Virus record (IMG/VR): IMGVR_UViG_3300045596_000061
Location: 1 to 64,000 of that record
DNA: 64,000 nucleotides
Source of the DNA: a virus
Taxonomy: Duplodnaviria; Caudoviricetes
Direction: 5' to 3' (one strand)
Below, one piece after another: positions 49,908 through 57,709 of the stretch. The stretch's first letter is position 1. Each line of letters starts with the position of its first letter. The notes below the pieces were generated by a model. It worked only from the letters and a program-made list of their open reading frames with translations. It made no database searches and was not told the origin of the DNA. The position numbers and the translations under genes were made by a program.

Positions 49908-50738
49908 TTATAATCCTAATTTATTTTCAATAATCTTTAATCTGTCATTCAAACTGTGAACAGCACTGAGAGCTATCATTGATAACTTACCATAGTCTAC
50001 TGCAAGATAACCATTCTTATCTTCTTTTACTATTTCAGGACAAATTTTCTGTATTTCCTGTGCCGAAGTTCCTAGTTGAGTTTCTCCTGGCTTATCCTTA
50101 TACTCAAAGAATTTAATAGGAATTTCAAGAATATCATCTATATCGAATTTAGCATCAGATATAAAGTTCTTAAGTCTTTCATCTGAAGATTGTACAAATG
50201 CAACAGCAGTAATACTTCCTGTGGAAGTATCACTTTTATCTTTTCTTAAGTACATAGTATCCAGTACTGCATCAACTGTCATATCTGGAGGTAAAACAGT
50301 AGACCAATCAAGCTTTAAAGTACCATCAGCTCCTACCATAATACCATTACCATCTCCACTTGCAGTAGCAGCTTTAACTCCACCAAGTGCTGAAGCTGTA
50401 GCTATAGGAAGAGTGTACTTACTTAATCCATTAAGCTTTAATTTATCTGCACCTGACATTAAGCCAGGGTTTCCAGAAGATGCTACTGCTATATTAATTG
50501 TAAAGTTTCCATTTGTAGTCTTTAAAGCAATTATACCACTATCATCTGCAACAGAGGGAATAAAATGTGCTTCTGTAATTGCACCATTATTAACTAAATT
50601 AGTAAGGGTATCACTAATTCCATAGGCAATACCATTTACTAATATTTCCTTAGTATCTGTTACAAAATATACATCATCTCTGTAAGTAGCTGCATCATAC
50701 TTAGCTTTTGCTCCTCTTGCAAATTTTACTTCTGCCAT
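49908..50738 (-). CDS. short fiber/spike protein with C-terminal peptidase S74 intramolecular chaperone
   Basis: GLMS..DK.KL, ATASALGGVK fiber motifs; SDERLK...G.SAQE...PE.V...VDY. Confidence 0.8.
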   Translation of the reverse strand: MAEVKFARGAKAKYDAATYRDDVYFVTDTKEILVNGIAYGISDTLTNLVNNGAITEAHFIPSVADDSGIIALKTTNGNFTINIAVASSGNPGLMSGADKLKLNGLSKYTLPIATASALGGVKAATASGDGNGIMVGADGTLKLDWSTVLPPDMTVDAVLDTMYLRKDKSDTSTGSITAVAFVQSSDERLKNFISDAKFDIDDILEIPIKFFEYKDKPGETQLGTSAQEIQKICPEIVKEDKNGYLAVDYGKLSMIALSAVHSLNDRLKIIENKLGL

Positions 50739-50861
50739 ATATTTATTTATTAATTAATTATTAAATTATTATATATTAAGGTGACTAACAGTCACTTATG
50801 ATTTAATTATAGAAGAGATTTTAATGTTAAAACCTCTCCTATAAATATTAATAGAATTGTA

Positions 50862-51146
50862 TTATAGTACTCCCATTATAGCACCAATAGTAGCACCAAA
50901 AACATCTGCCTTTATATCCATCCAATCAAACTTTTCACCATTCTTCTTATCCCAGAGTTCCTTTATAATCCCAACAGCAGTACCAAAAGCAAATCCTGCT
51001 ATCAGTGAATATGCACATCCTAAATTACATACTTTTAGTATTTCTGTAATGATAAAGGATATAAGCATTACAAGATTAAAGTGCATCCATTTATCCACCT
51101 CTATCTTAGATAAGTAATTTGAAATTTTCTCAAATACCTTTCTCAT
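50862..51146 (-). CDS. membrane protein, DK..H / KE..D family (VanZ/YfiM-like)
   Basis: DKWMHF...GIIKELWDK...FDW.DI.AD..G. Confidence 0.65.
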   Translation of the reverse strand: MRKVFEKISNYLSKIEVDKWMHFNLVMLISFIITEILKVCNLGCAYSLIAGFAFGTAVGIIKELWDKKNGEKFDWMDIKADVFGATIGAIMGVL

Positions 51147-51149
51147 TAT

Positions 51150-51404
51150 TTACCATATTATAATTGATACTAATATAGATATAACACTTCCTATAACCCA
51201 TGAAATAGGATTCCACAGATTAAACTTTTTATTATACATTAAAACATTCATTACTTCAGTAAATGCACCACATACAGCAGCTATACCAAGTGCTAATATC
51301 CATGCATTCTGCCCATCTAATGTATGCTCCTGCAATAATGCTAAAAATCCAAGTACTGCACCAACAATACCAAATAACCATTTGCAACTTAATACTTTTT
51401 CCAT
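51150..51404 (-). CDS. small three-TM membrane protein
   Basis: three hydrophobic segments. Confidence 0.6.
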   Translation of the reverse strand: MEKVLSCKWLFGIVGAVLGFLALLQEHTLDGQNAWILALGIAAVCGAFTEVMNVLMYNKKFNLWNPISWVIGSVISILVSIIIW

Positions 51405-51436
51405 AATTTTATAATTTTATTAATTAACTAAAATAT

Positions 51437-51739
51437 TTATAACTTATTATTACTACTGCTTTTATAATTAAAATAGTCTTTACCAAACATCCTTACACTG
51501 ATATAATAAAGTAGTGCAAAGCAATGAAGCCATATTGTTTTAAAAGGACTTACTTCTTCTTGAAATATAATCTTTTCAATATTATGAAATAGTGTATTAT
51601 CAGCTATAAGTCTACTTGCTTCATCTCCACCTATATCATAATCATCATCATGGCAACAACATGCAGCATAGAATTTATCAGCATAAGGTGGCTTAAACCA
51701 CTTTAATATCCCAGTCTGGCATCCACATCCTCTGCTCAT
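51437..51739 (-). CDS. phospholipase A2-like small protein
   Basis: GCG...F.AAC..HD..Y..GG....R..AD..L...Y..VR.FG. Confidence 0.6.
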   Translation of the reverse strand: MSRGCGCQTGILKWFKPPYADKFYAACCCHDDDYDIGGDEASRLIADNTLFHNIEKIIFQEEVSPFKTIWLHCFALLYYISVRMFGKDYFNYKSSSNNKL

Positions 51740-52254
51740 TGTAATAAATTCTCATATACACTCCAGTCAATTGCATTTTTTGTAGTCCAGCCAACAGAAA
51801 GTGTATCCTGTACATATTTTAATCCTTTCAGATAAAAATCTGCCAACGTAGTAATGTCTGTGAATGTATAATAATCATTATTATAATTATCTCCAAATTT
51901 TACAATAAATCCATTTGTAGGCATTCCATTTGCTACATAGGCATCATAAGCAGCTTTATAATTAAACTGATTCTCAGAACTCAGCCAGACATTATGCTCT
52001 TTTTTTGCTGAGTCAATCCACACAAAACCTGATAATATAGCTTTATCTGTTTGCTTATTGTAAAAGTCAGTTATACTTTCTTTTATTTTCTCTATCAATA
52101 ATTCTTTTGAACTACCAATTAAATCAAAAACTTGACATAAACATGTCACTCCATCATCATTATCTTTTTTATCAAAATATACACGCCATTTATCTTTACT
52201 TATCTTAATCATAGGCGTATAATCTGTAATCTTAACTAATGTCTTTACTATCAT
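51736..52254 (-). CDS. DUF4376-like tail-fiber-associated protein
   Basis: I..GFVW...VWLSSENQFNYKAAYD...GW..K..IDW. Confidence 0.65.
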   Translation of the reverse strand: MIVKTLVKITDYTPMIKISKDKWRVYFDKKDNDDGVTCLCQVFDLIGSSKELLIEKIKESITDFYNKQTDKAILSGFVWIDSAKKEHNVWLSSENQFNYKAAYDAYVANGMPTNGFIVKFGDNYNNDYYTFTDITTLADFYLKGLKYVQDTLSVGWTTKNAIDWSVYENLLQ

Positions 52255-53374
52255 ATCTCTTTAATTTAAAATATTTATAATGTCCCTGTATATATAATTT
52301 ATTAAATACCTTATGTGGTAATATCTTTATAAGTTTTGTTCTTATATTATAGGAGCAGAAATGTTGCATTATACCAAAATAAGAATTTAATGTCATCATT
52401 GTACTCTCTGCACTAATCTTTCTTCTATATAGTGAGATAATAAATCTGTATGTATTATTTACTACTCTATTAGCTATATAACTTCTGTCTTTATATACCA
52501 CTGCACCACATGTTTTTATTCCATGGTAGGCTGGTTGAAAATATATTTTATCCATTTTTAGGCAAAGTTCTTTTTTTAGAAGAAGATTTCTTGAATATTC
52601 TACTGCCTTTAGTAATTCAGAATGCTTTCCAATAATATAAAAATCATCCATGTAGATTCCAATATATTTATATCTAGCTTTTAAACAGTTTCCAAAATCT
52701 TTAAGAATTAATAAGGCTGACCATTGTGATACTAAATCTCCTATAGGTAAACCTTTATTTTTTCCATTTGTATATAAAGACTTATAACTAGGAATTAGAT
52801 TCCACATAGATATAGGACTCTTTCTTATTGAATGATTTTCAGGTTCATAATATATAAGTAATTTAATTATATAATTAAGTTCTTCTTTATAATCTCCACT
52901 ATATATATCAATTACTTTTTTCCATTCATTCCAAACTATATCTTTATTAAGTGACATGAAAAAAGATTTAATATCTCCTCCAAAAATCCAACTATCATTA
53001 CCATATTCTTTATAAGAATCTATCATATCCTGCTTTAATACAGAATGATATTGATTTAGTCCCTTACCTTTTCTACAGTTATACATCCTATTAGGCAATA
53101 TACTTTCAATAGTAGGTCTTAAAAACATAACTACTAAAGTATCAAGTATTCTTTTATTTATACTTCCTGCAAAAACTTCTCTTGGTTTAGGCTTAGTAAC
53201 TATGAATGAGTTACTTTCACCTAAATCAACAGTTTGGTTTATAACAGACTCTCGGAGCAAATGAAGGTTATATCTGAAATCACTTTCAAATATAATTTGT
53301 GAACTAGATTTTCTACAATGTTTTCTAAAAATAAAGTAGGCATTGTAATATTGATTTATATCTATATGTTTCAT
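52232..53374 (-). CDS. DGR reverse transcriptase
   Basis: KPKPREVFA, CRKGKG, GDIKSFFMS, GLPIGDLVSQ (SQ typical of DGR RTs), YMDDF, LNSYFG; ATG 53374 gives 380 aa (the called 418-aa ORF reads through TR). Confidence 0.95.
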   Translation of the reverse strand: MKHIDINQYYNAYFIFRKHCRKSSSQIIFESDFRYNLHLLRESVINQTVDLGESNSFIVTKPKPREVFAGSINKRILDTLVVMFLRPTIESILPNRMYNCRKGKGLNQYHSVLKQDMIDSYKEYGNDSWIFGGDIKSFFMSLNKDIVWNEWKKVIDIYSGDYKEELNYIIKLLIYYEPENHSIRKSPISMWNLIPSYKSLYTNGKNKGLPIGDLVSQWSALLILKDFGNCLKARYKYIGIYMDDFYIIGKHSELLKAVEYSRNLLLKKELCLKMDKIYFQPAYHGIKTCGAVVYKDRSYIANRVVNNTYRFIISLYRRKISAESTMMTLNSYFGIMQHFCSYNIRTKLIKILPHKVFNKLYIQGHYKYFKLKRYDSKDIS

Positions 53375-53387
53375 ATATTTTTGTAAA

Positions 53388-53486
53388 GATTCACATACTG
53401 CGAACACAGAGTTGTTGTTGTTCTTGTCATTGTTGTTCACTGTCAAAGAAGAAAAGTTACAATTCCATGTGTTGTTGGCATTATTC
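53388..53486 (-). repeat. DGR template repeat (TR), 99 bp
   Basis: 13 AAY codons and 37 adenines; matches VR except at adenines and one extra VR codon. Confidence 0.95.
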
Positions 53487-53585
53487 AATAACTAATATAT
53501 CTTAACTGTTTATAAAACAGTGTATTGTCCATCTTTATTTAAAATATTTTCTCTATATGAGTTCATAAAAATTTTATGCTTGTCA

Positions 53586-53978
53586 TTAGATTCTATTTAT
53601 TACCTTCATTTTCTCTTCAAGTTTTACTCTAGCACTTATTATCAGTTCTCCAATATGACTTTCAGATAAATCGGAAATTAATCTTTCAGTCTTACTTTTT
53701 TGATTAACTTTATTTACTACAAAAATATATTCTCCCTCACATATATTAAGATTTGCTTCTAATAATGTAAGATTATCATAACATTCTTCTAGCTTTTTAA
53801 GTTTTTCTGTATCATCTTTAGCTCTTTCTTCAAAAATAATACATTTTAAACAATTAGAAGCACAAACTCTAATATCTGCACCATAAGTATATTTAATATC
53901 TTTAGGTAAATGTTTTGTGATAGTATATAATAGTTTTGCAAGTTCTAATAATACACTATATAAATTAAGCTTTCTCAT
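53586..53978 (-). CDS. avd: DGR accessory variability determinant (four-helix bundle)
   Basis: LY....EL.......T.HLPKD.KY.YG..IR; 130 aa from ATG 53978; lies between VR and TR. Confidence 0.85.
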   Translation of the reverse strand: MRKLNLYSVLLELAKLLYTITKHLPKDIKYTYGADIRVCASNCLKCIIFEERAKDDTEKLKKLEECYDNLTLLEANLNICEGEYIFVVNKVNQKSKTERLISDLSESHIGELIISARVKLEEKMKVINRI

Positions 53979-53979
53979 A

Positions 53980-55185
53980 TCAGGATGCACATACTGCGAA
54001 CACAGAGATGAAGTTGAGGCTCTTGACATTGCTGCCCACTGTCAAAGAAGAAAAGTTACAAACCCATGCGCTGATGGCATTAAGCTGAGTAGAAGACCAG
54101 AATGGCGTAGAAGTAGGAAGAGCTGCTAATCCTACAGTAGTTCTACATGTATTAATGTCAGCAATATTAAGTGCAATCTCATAAAGTTCACCTAACGCTG
54201 GTAAGTAACCATTTTTATTAGCTAATTTCCAAGTATAAGAATTACACCATTCAGCTGCATAAGTTAATGCAGTTCCTATGATTGCATCAGTATTAGCTTT
54301 TCCTGCATAATCAAATATTGCAGCATAAGAATCTGTAATAGTAGTACATCCGTCTATTAAGACAGAAGGACCCCATACTTTATTAGTATAATCAGGAGAA
54401 AGAATAATATCTACATTGCTTGTAGTTAGTTTAAATCCTGCTACATTGGCATTATTTGCTGTATCCCATTCTGATGGTGAATAAGTATTTCCATCTTTAT
54501 CTACTATTGCTACTTGTAGTTTTGTTTCTCCATATACAAAATTAGCAGTGAAAGTATCAGCAGATGCTGTTCTTTCTATCAACATAGGAGTACTATAACC
54601 ATTCTTTTTATCACAATATAATACTATAGACTGACCAAAAGGCACATATATAACTATATTAGTTCCTGCCCAAGTATATGTAGTTTTAACATTATTTATA
54701 ACTGCTGTTACTATTTGTCCTGACATATCAGCACTATCATACGCTGAAACATTAATAGTTACCTTTTCAGATTCATATTTTAAAGAAACACTTCTACTAT
54801 TTCCAGAAACTGCTGTAAATGAATCACTTTTAGGAGTGGTATATCCTGTAATAGGCTCTACTTCAACATAATATGATTCATCAGATTTAATATTCTGTGT
54901 TAAAGTAGTACCAGTCCATGTAAGTGTATATAAAATTGTATTATCAGATACTTTTTTAATATATACTTTCTTACCTATAATATTAATTCCTTGATTTGAG
55001 GAAAGTGTAATATTAATTTTTTCCACTGCAATATCACTGCCACTTCCACCTAATGAAGACCACTCACCATTTATAAAAGCCAGAAGGGAATAATTATTTA
55101 AATTACTATTATATTTAAGCCAAAAACTGTTTATATCAGTAGGCTCTGTCTGACTAAAAACTATATTTCTTTTTATTTCTGCCAT
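53980..55185 (-). CDS. DGR target: fiber / receptor-binding protein with two Ig-like repeats and C-terminal C-type-lectin-fold domain
   Basis: IVFSQTEP...W fiber-anchor-like N-terminus; two ...YTW.GT...GY.TP repeats; GYLPALGEL...FWSSTQ...AW...VFAVC end. Confidence 0.85.
   Translation of the reverse strand: MAEIKRNIVFSQTEPTDINSFWLKYNSNLNNYSLLAFINGEWSSLGGSGSDIAVEKINITLSSNQGINIIGKKVYIKKVSDNTILYTLTWTGTTLTQNIKSDESYYVEVEPITGYTTPKSDSFTAVSGNSRSVSLKYESEKVTINVSAYDSADMSGQIVTAVINNVKTTYTWAGTNIVIYVPFGQSIVLYCDKKNGYSTPMLIERTASADTFTANFVYGETKLQVAIVDKDGNTYSPSEWDTANNANVAGFKLTTSNVDIILSPDYTNKVWGPSVLIDGCTTITDSYAAIFDYAGKANTDAIIGTALTYAAEWCNSYTWKLANKNGYLPALGELYEIALNIADINTCRTTVGLAALPTSTPFWSSTQLNAISAWVCNFSSLTVGSNVKSLNFISVFAVCAS
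53984..54085 (-). repeat. DGR variable repeat (VR), 102 bp
   Basis: 3' end of target gene; 16 substitutions versus TR, all at TR adenines, plus one extra codon. Confidence 0.95.
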
Positions 55186-55190
55186 AATAT

Positions 55191-57611
55191 TTAATTACTT
55201 TTAGTTGTTACTTGTTTATTTAAAGCTGCCCTTTTAATAGCAATCTCTTTATCATGTTTCTCTTTGTCCTGTACAAGTTTATCTCTTTCAAGTTTTATTT
55301 TAGTATCAAATTCTCTCATTTGCTCTATAAGTTTATCCTTATTTTCTTGAGTATTATCAGGTTCCTGAATACCATCATTCATATTTGCATAGCCTTCTGC
55401 CTGTATATTAGCTATTAAAACTTTAGTTTCATTATCTCTTATGTTAGCTTCTTCTTTTTGCTTAAGCTCAGATTCCTTTTGTAACATCTGAGATTCAAGG
55501 GCTTGCTGTTGCTGTTTAAGTTGTTCCTGCTGTTGCTGCTGCTGTCTTTCTTGTATCTGCTTTTCATTATTTTCAACCATTCTCTGTTTCTCAATAAGAG
55601 AAGAAGAGTTATAAAGCTGCATAATAGTAGAAAAAGAAAGAGTCTGATTCTGTAAAGCAGCCTGTGCAAGAGTATCAAGTTTCTGTGAAAGAAGCTGTGT
55701 GCTGTTACTATTATCTACTACTAAGCCATAATCACATTCAGCAAACTCATCACCATCTATATTCATGACTTGCATAGACCCATCATTAAGAATATATTGG
55801 AACTTCTTACTTCTTCCTTTAAGTGCTGCCTTTGCAGTTTCTATAAAGCATTCAAGTACTCTTTTCTTTACATCATCATGTATAGTAAATAGCCACTCAG
55901 TTATATATGAGGATTGTAGAGTAGCTCTTTCAACTCCACCAACAGTTTCTCTATTACTTATCTGTCCCTCTCTCTGCTTAGAAATACCTGCAACATCACT
56001 CATCTCCATTTTAATAAATTCAAGAAGGTTCATATATTGCTGTATCTGATTTCCATCAGAAGCTGCTATTACTCCATTAGAAGCATTATTCATAGCTCCT
56101 GCAAGTTTACCTGTAGCTGCTCCTATATTACCTTCATTGAAACTATCCTCAACTGCTATACCCATAGTCTTTGCATAGTATAACCATTTTTCTACATCCC
56201 ATCCTTTAGGATGATTCTTAGCAAAATCATATCTTATAAGAGTGCCCCAATTTCTTGCTATAAGTTTATTAAGCCTGTCATGTATAATATCATAAAGATA
56301 ACTATAAGGTTTCATCATATCAACAAGTGAGAAAGGTCTACTATCATTAAGATTATATATAGAGCCTATAATACCAAAGTGGCATCTTGATGGATTGCTA
56401 AGTCTATTATACTGTACTACTCTAGGTCTCATATTTACATAAATATCAGTACCTATTTTAGTACCTTCCCATGCTTCATTAATATAAAATATCTGCTCTT
56501 CTTCTCCTTCATCTGTTTTAAGTATATAAGTTTCAGGATAAAAATGAAATTCCTCCTCACCTGTTTCTTTATTATAAGACCTTACTTTCTTAATCTTTCT
56601 TCTTGATTTCCAATATACTCTAAGAACTCTAAGATTACCAGCTATATCATAAGGAAGTAATGTATTACCTATTCCTTCAGAAGTCATAAGAGGATCCCAA
56701 AAGAAACCTTCCTGTGAAGTAATCTCATCACCTATCATGTAATTATTTACAAAGCCCATTCTTTCATCTATATTACTCATAGAGTCAGTAGCTGCCTGTC
56801 CTACATGGTCTGGTAATTTATTTATATATTCAAGGTCTTTTGTAGTAAGTAAGTCATAATAAGTATCTATTACCCTACCTGGACTCCAATAATCCTCAAG
56901 GACTATCATATCAGCATCTTCAATTTTATTTGAATAACCTGACTTAAATATTCTAACCTTAAGAGGATTAAGTTTTTCAAGTGTTGGCTCACCTCCTATT
57001 ATACTACATTGATATATTTCCTCTCCTACAGTCATAGCATCCATAAATCCTTGATTAAATATAAGAGGAATATTAAGTTCTTTTACATAATGATTAAGTA
57101 AAAGATTAGATCTGATTTCTCTCATATCCTGCCACTCATAAGTGAAGTAATCACTCATTTTTTCAAGTTCCTGATTAGCATCCTCATCAGACTGACTGTT
57201 ATTTGATACCCATTGCTGTAATCTCTGATAAATCTCTTCTTTCTTATTATTTTCTATATCTGATACTGCATTAGGATTAGTGACTATAACCTTAAAATCA
57301 AATACCCTTTTAGACTCTTCTCCTTTAAGGACATTAAGTTTACTATTCATTATAGGATAGTGCTGTATTCTATCTGGTATAAATCCTGCTCTAATATGTT
57401 CAGGATTTAGTATGAGTTCCATATCATTCATATGAAGTTTACCATTAAGTAAATCATAATTAATCTTCTTATGAATCACACTCTTCCTACATAAAGAATA
57501 ATTAAAGAAAGTTTTAGAGTCAGCCCAATCTAAGTGTGCCTTACGCCATGCTTTAGTTTTCTTATTAAAAGAAAGCTGCTCAGGAGGAAGACTTTGTGAA
57601 CTATATTCCAT
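55191..57611 (-). CDS. portal protein
   Basis: 806 aa directly downstream of TerL; LP.EQL....KT..WR, YP.....LN.L.GEE..R, GIS.QREGQI...ETVGGVER. Confidence 0.9.
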   Translation of the reverse strand: MEYSSQSLPPEQLSFNKKTKAWRKAHLDWADSKTFFNYSLCRKSVIHKKINYDLLNGKLHMNDMELILNPEHIRAGFIPDRIQHYPIMNSKLNVLKGEESKRVFDFKVIVTNPNAVSDIENNKKEEIYQRLQQWVSNNSQSDEDANQELEKMSDYFTYEWQDMREIRSNLLLNHYVKELNIPLIFNQGFMDAMTVGEEIYQCSIIGGEPTLEKLNPLKVRIFKSGYSNKIEDADMIVLEDYWSPGRVIDTYYDLLTTKDLEYINKLPDHVGQAATDSMSNIDERMGFVNNYMIGDEITSQEGFFWDPLMTSEGIGNTLLPYDIAGNLRVLRVYWKSRRKIKKVRSYNKETGEEEFHFYPETYILKTDEGEEEQIFYINEAWEGTKIGTDIYVNMRPRVVQYNRLSNPSRCHFGIIGSIYNLNDSRPFSLVDMMKPYSYLYDIIHDRLNKLIARNWGTLIRYDFAKNHPKGWDVEKWLYYAKTMGIAVEDSFNEGNIGAATGKLAGAMNNASNGVIAASDGNQIQQYMNLLEFIKMEMSDVAGISKQREGQISNRETVGGVERATLQSSYITEWLFTIHDDVKKRVLECFIETAKAALKGRSKKFQYILNDGSMQVMNIDGDEFAECDYGLVVDNSNSTQLLSQKLDTLAQAALQNQTLSFSTIMQLYNSSSLIEKQRMVENNEKQIQERQQQQQQEQLKQQQQALESQMLQKESELKQKEEANIRDNETKVLIANIQAEGYANMNDGIQEPDNTQENKDKLIEQMREFDTKIKLERDKLVQDKEKHDKEIAIKRAALNKQVTTKSN

Positions 57612-57631
57612 ATTCTTTTATTTAATTTTGC

Positions 57632-57665
57632 TACAAAAATAAGTAATCTCTGCATACTTTACAAT
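57632..57665 (-). promoter_or_regulatory. Bacteroidota-type promoter for portal operon (would include the DGR)
   Basis: ATTGTAAA...TATTTTTG (57641-57634). Confidence 0.7.
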
Positions 57666-57709
57666 AATATAAGTAAAATACTAATTAATTATAGCTATTT
57701 TTACTAAAT

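Larger units (their letters stand above)
52232..55185 (-). mobile_element. diversity-generating retroelement (target/VR - avd - TR - RT)
   Basis: all four components adjacent and co-oriented. Confidence 0.95.

Noticed and set aside
48379-50738. Second DGR target among neighbouring fiber genes
   Set aside because: No TR-like sequence seen at their 3' ends or elsewhere by eye. A BLASTn of TR against the whole genome is needed to exclude remote targets.
52232-53488. RT as group II intron, retron or defence RT; 418-aa start at 53488
   Set aside because: Adjacent TR/VR pair, avd and the SQ motif identify a DGR. The first 38 aa of the called ORF are translated TR plus five linker codons, so ATG 53374 is preferred.
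53915-53965. Imperfect inverted repeat in the avd 5' end as the DGR target hairpin
   Set aside because: AT-rich with several mismatches; too weak to call.
53979-54029. Called 147-aa avd start at 54029
   Set aside because: It lies inside the VR in another frame; ATG 53978 right after the target stop is more plausible.
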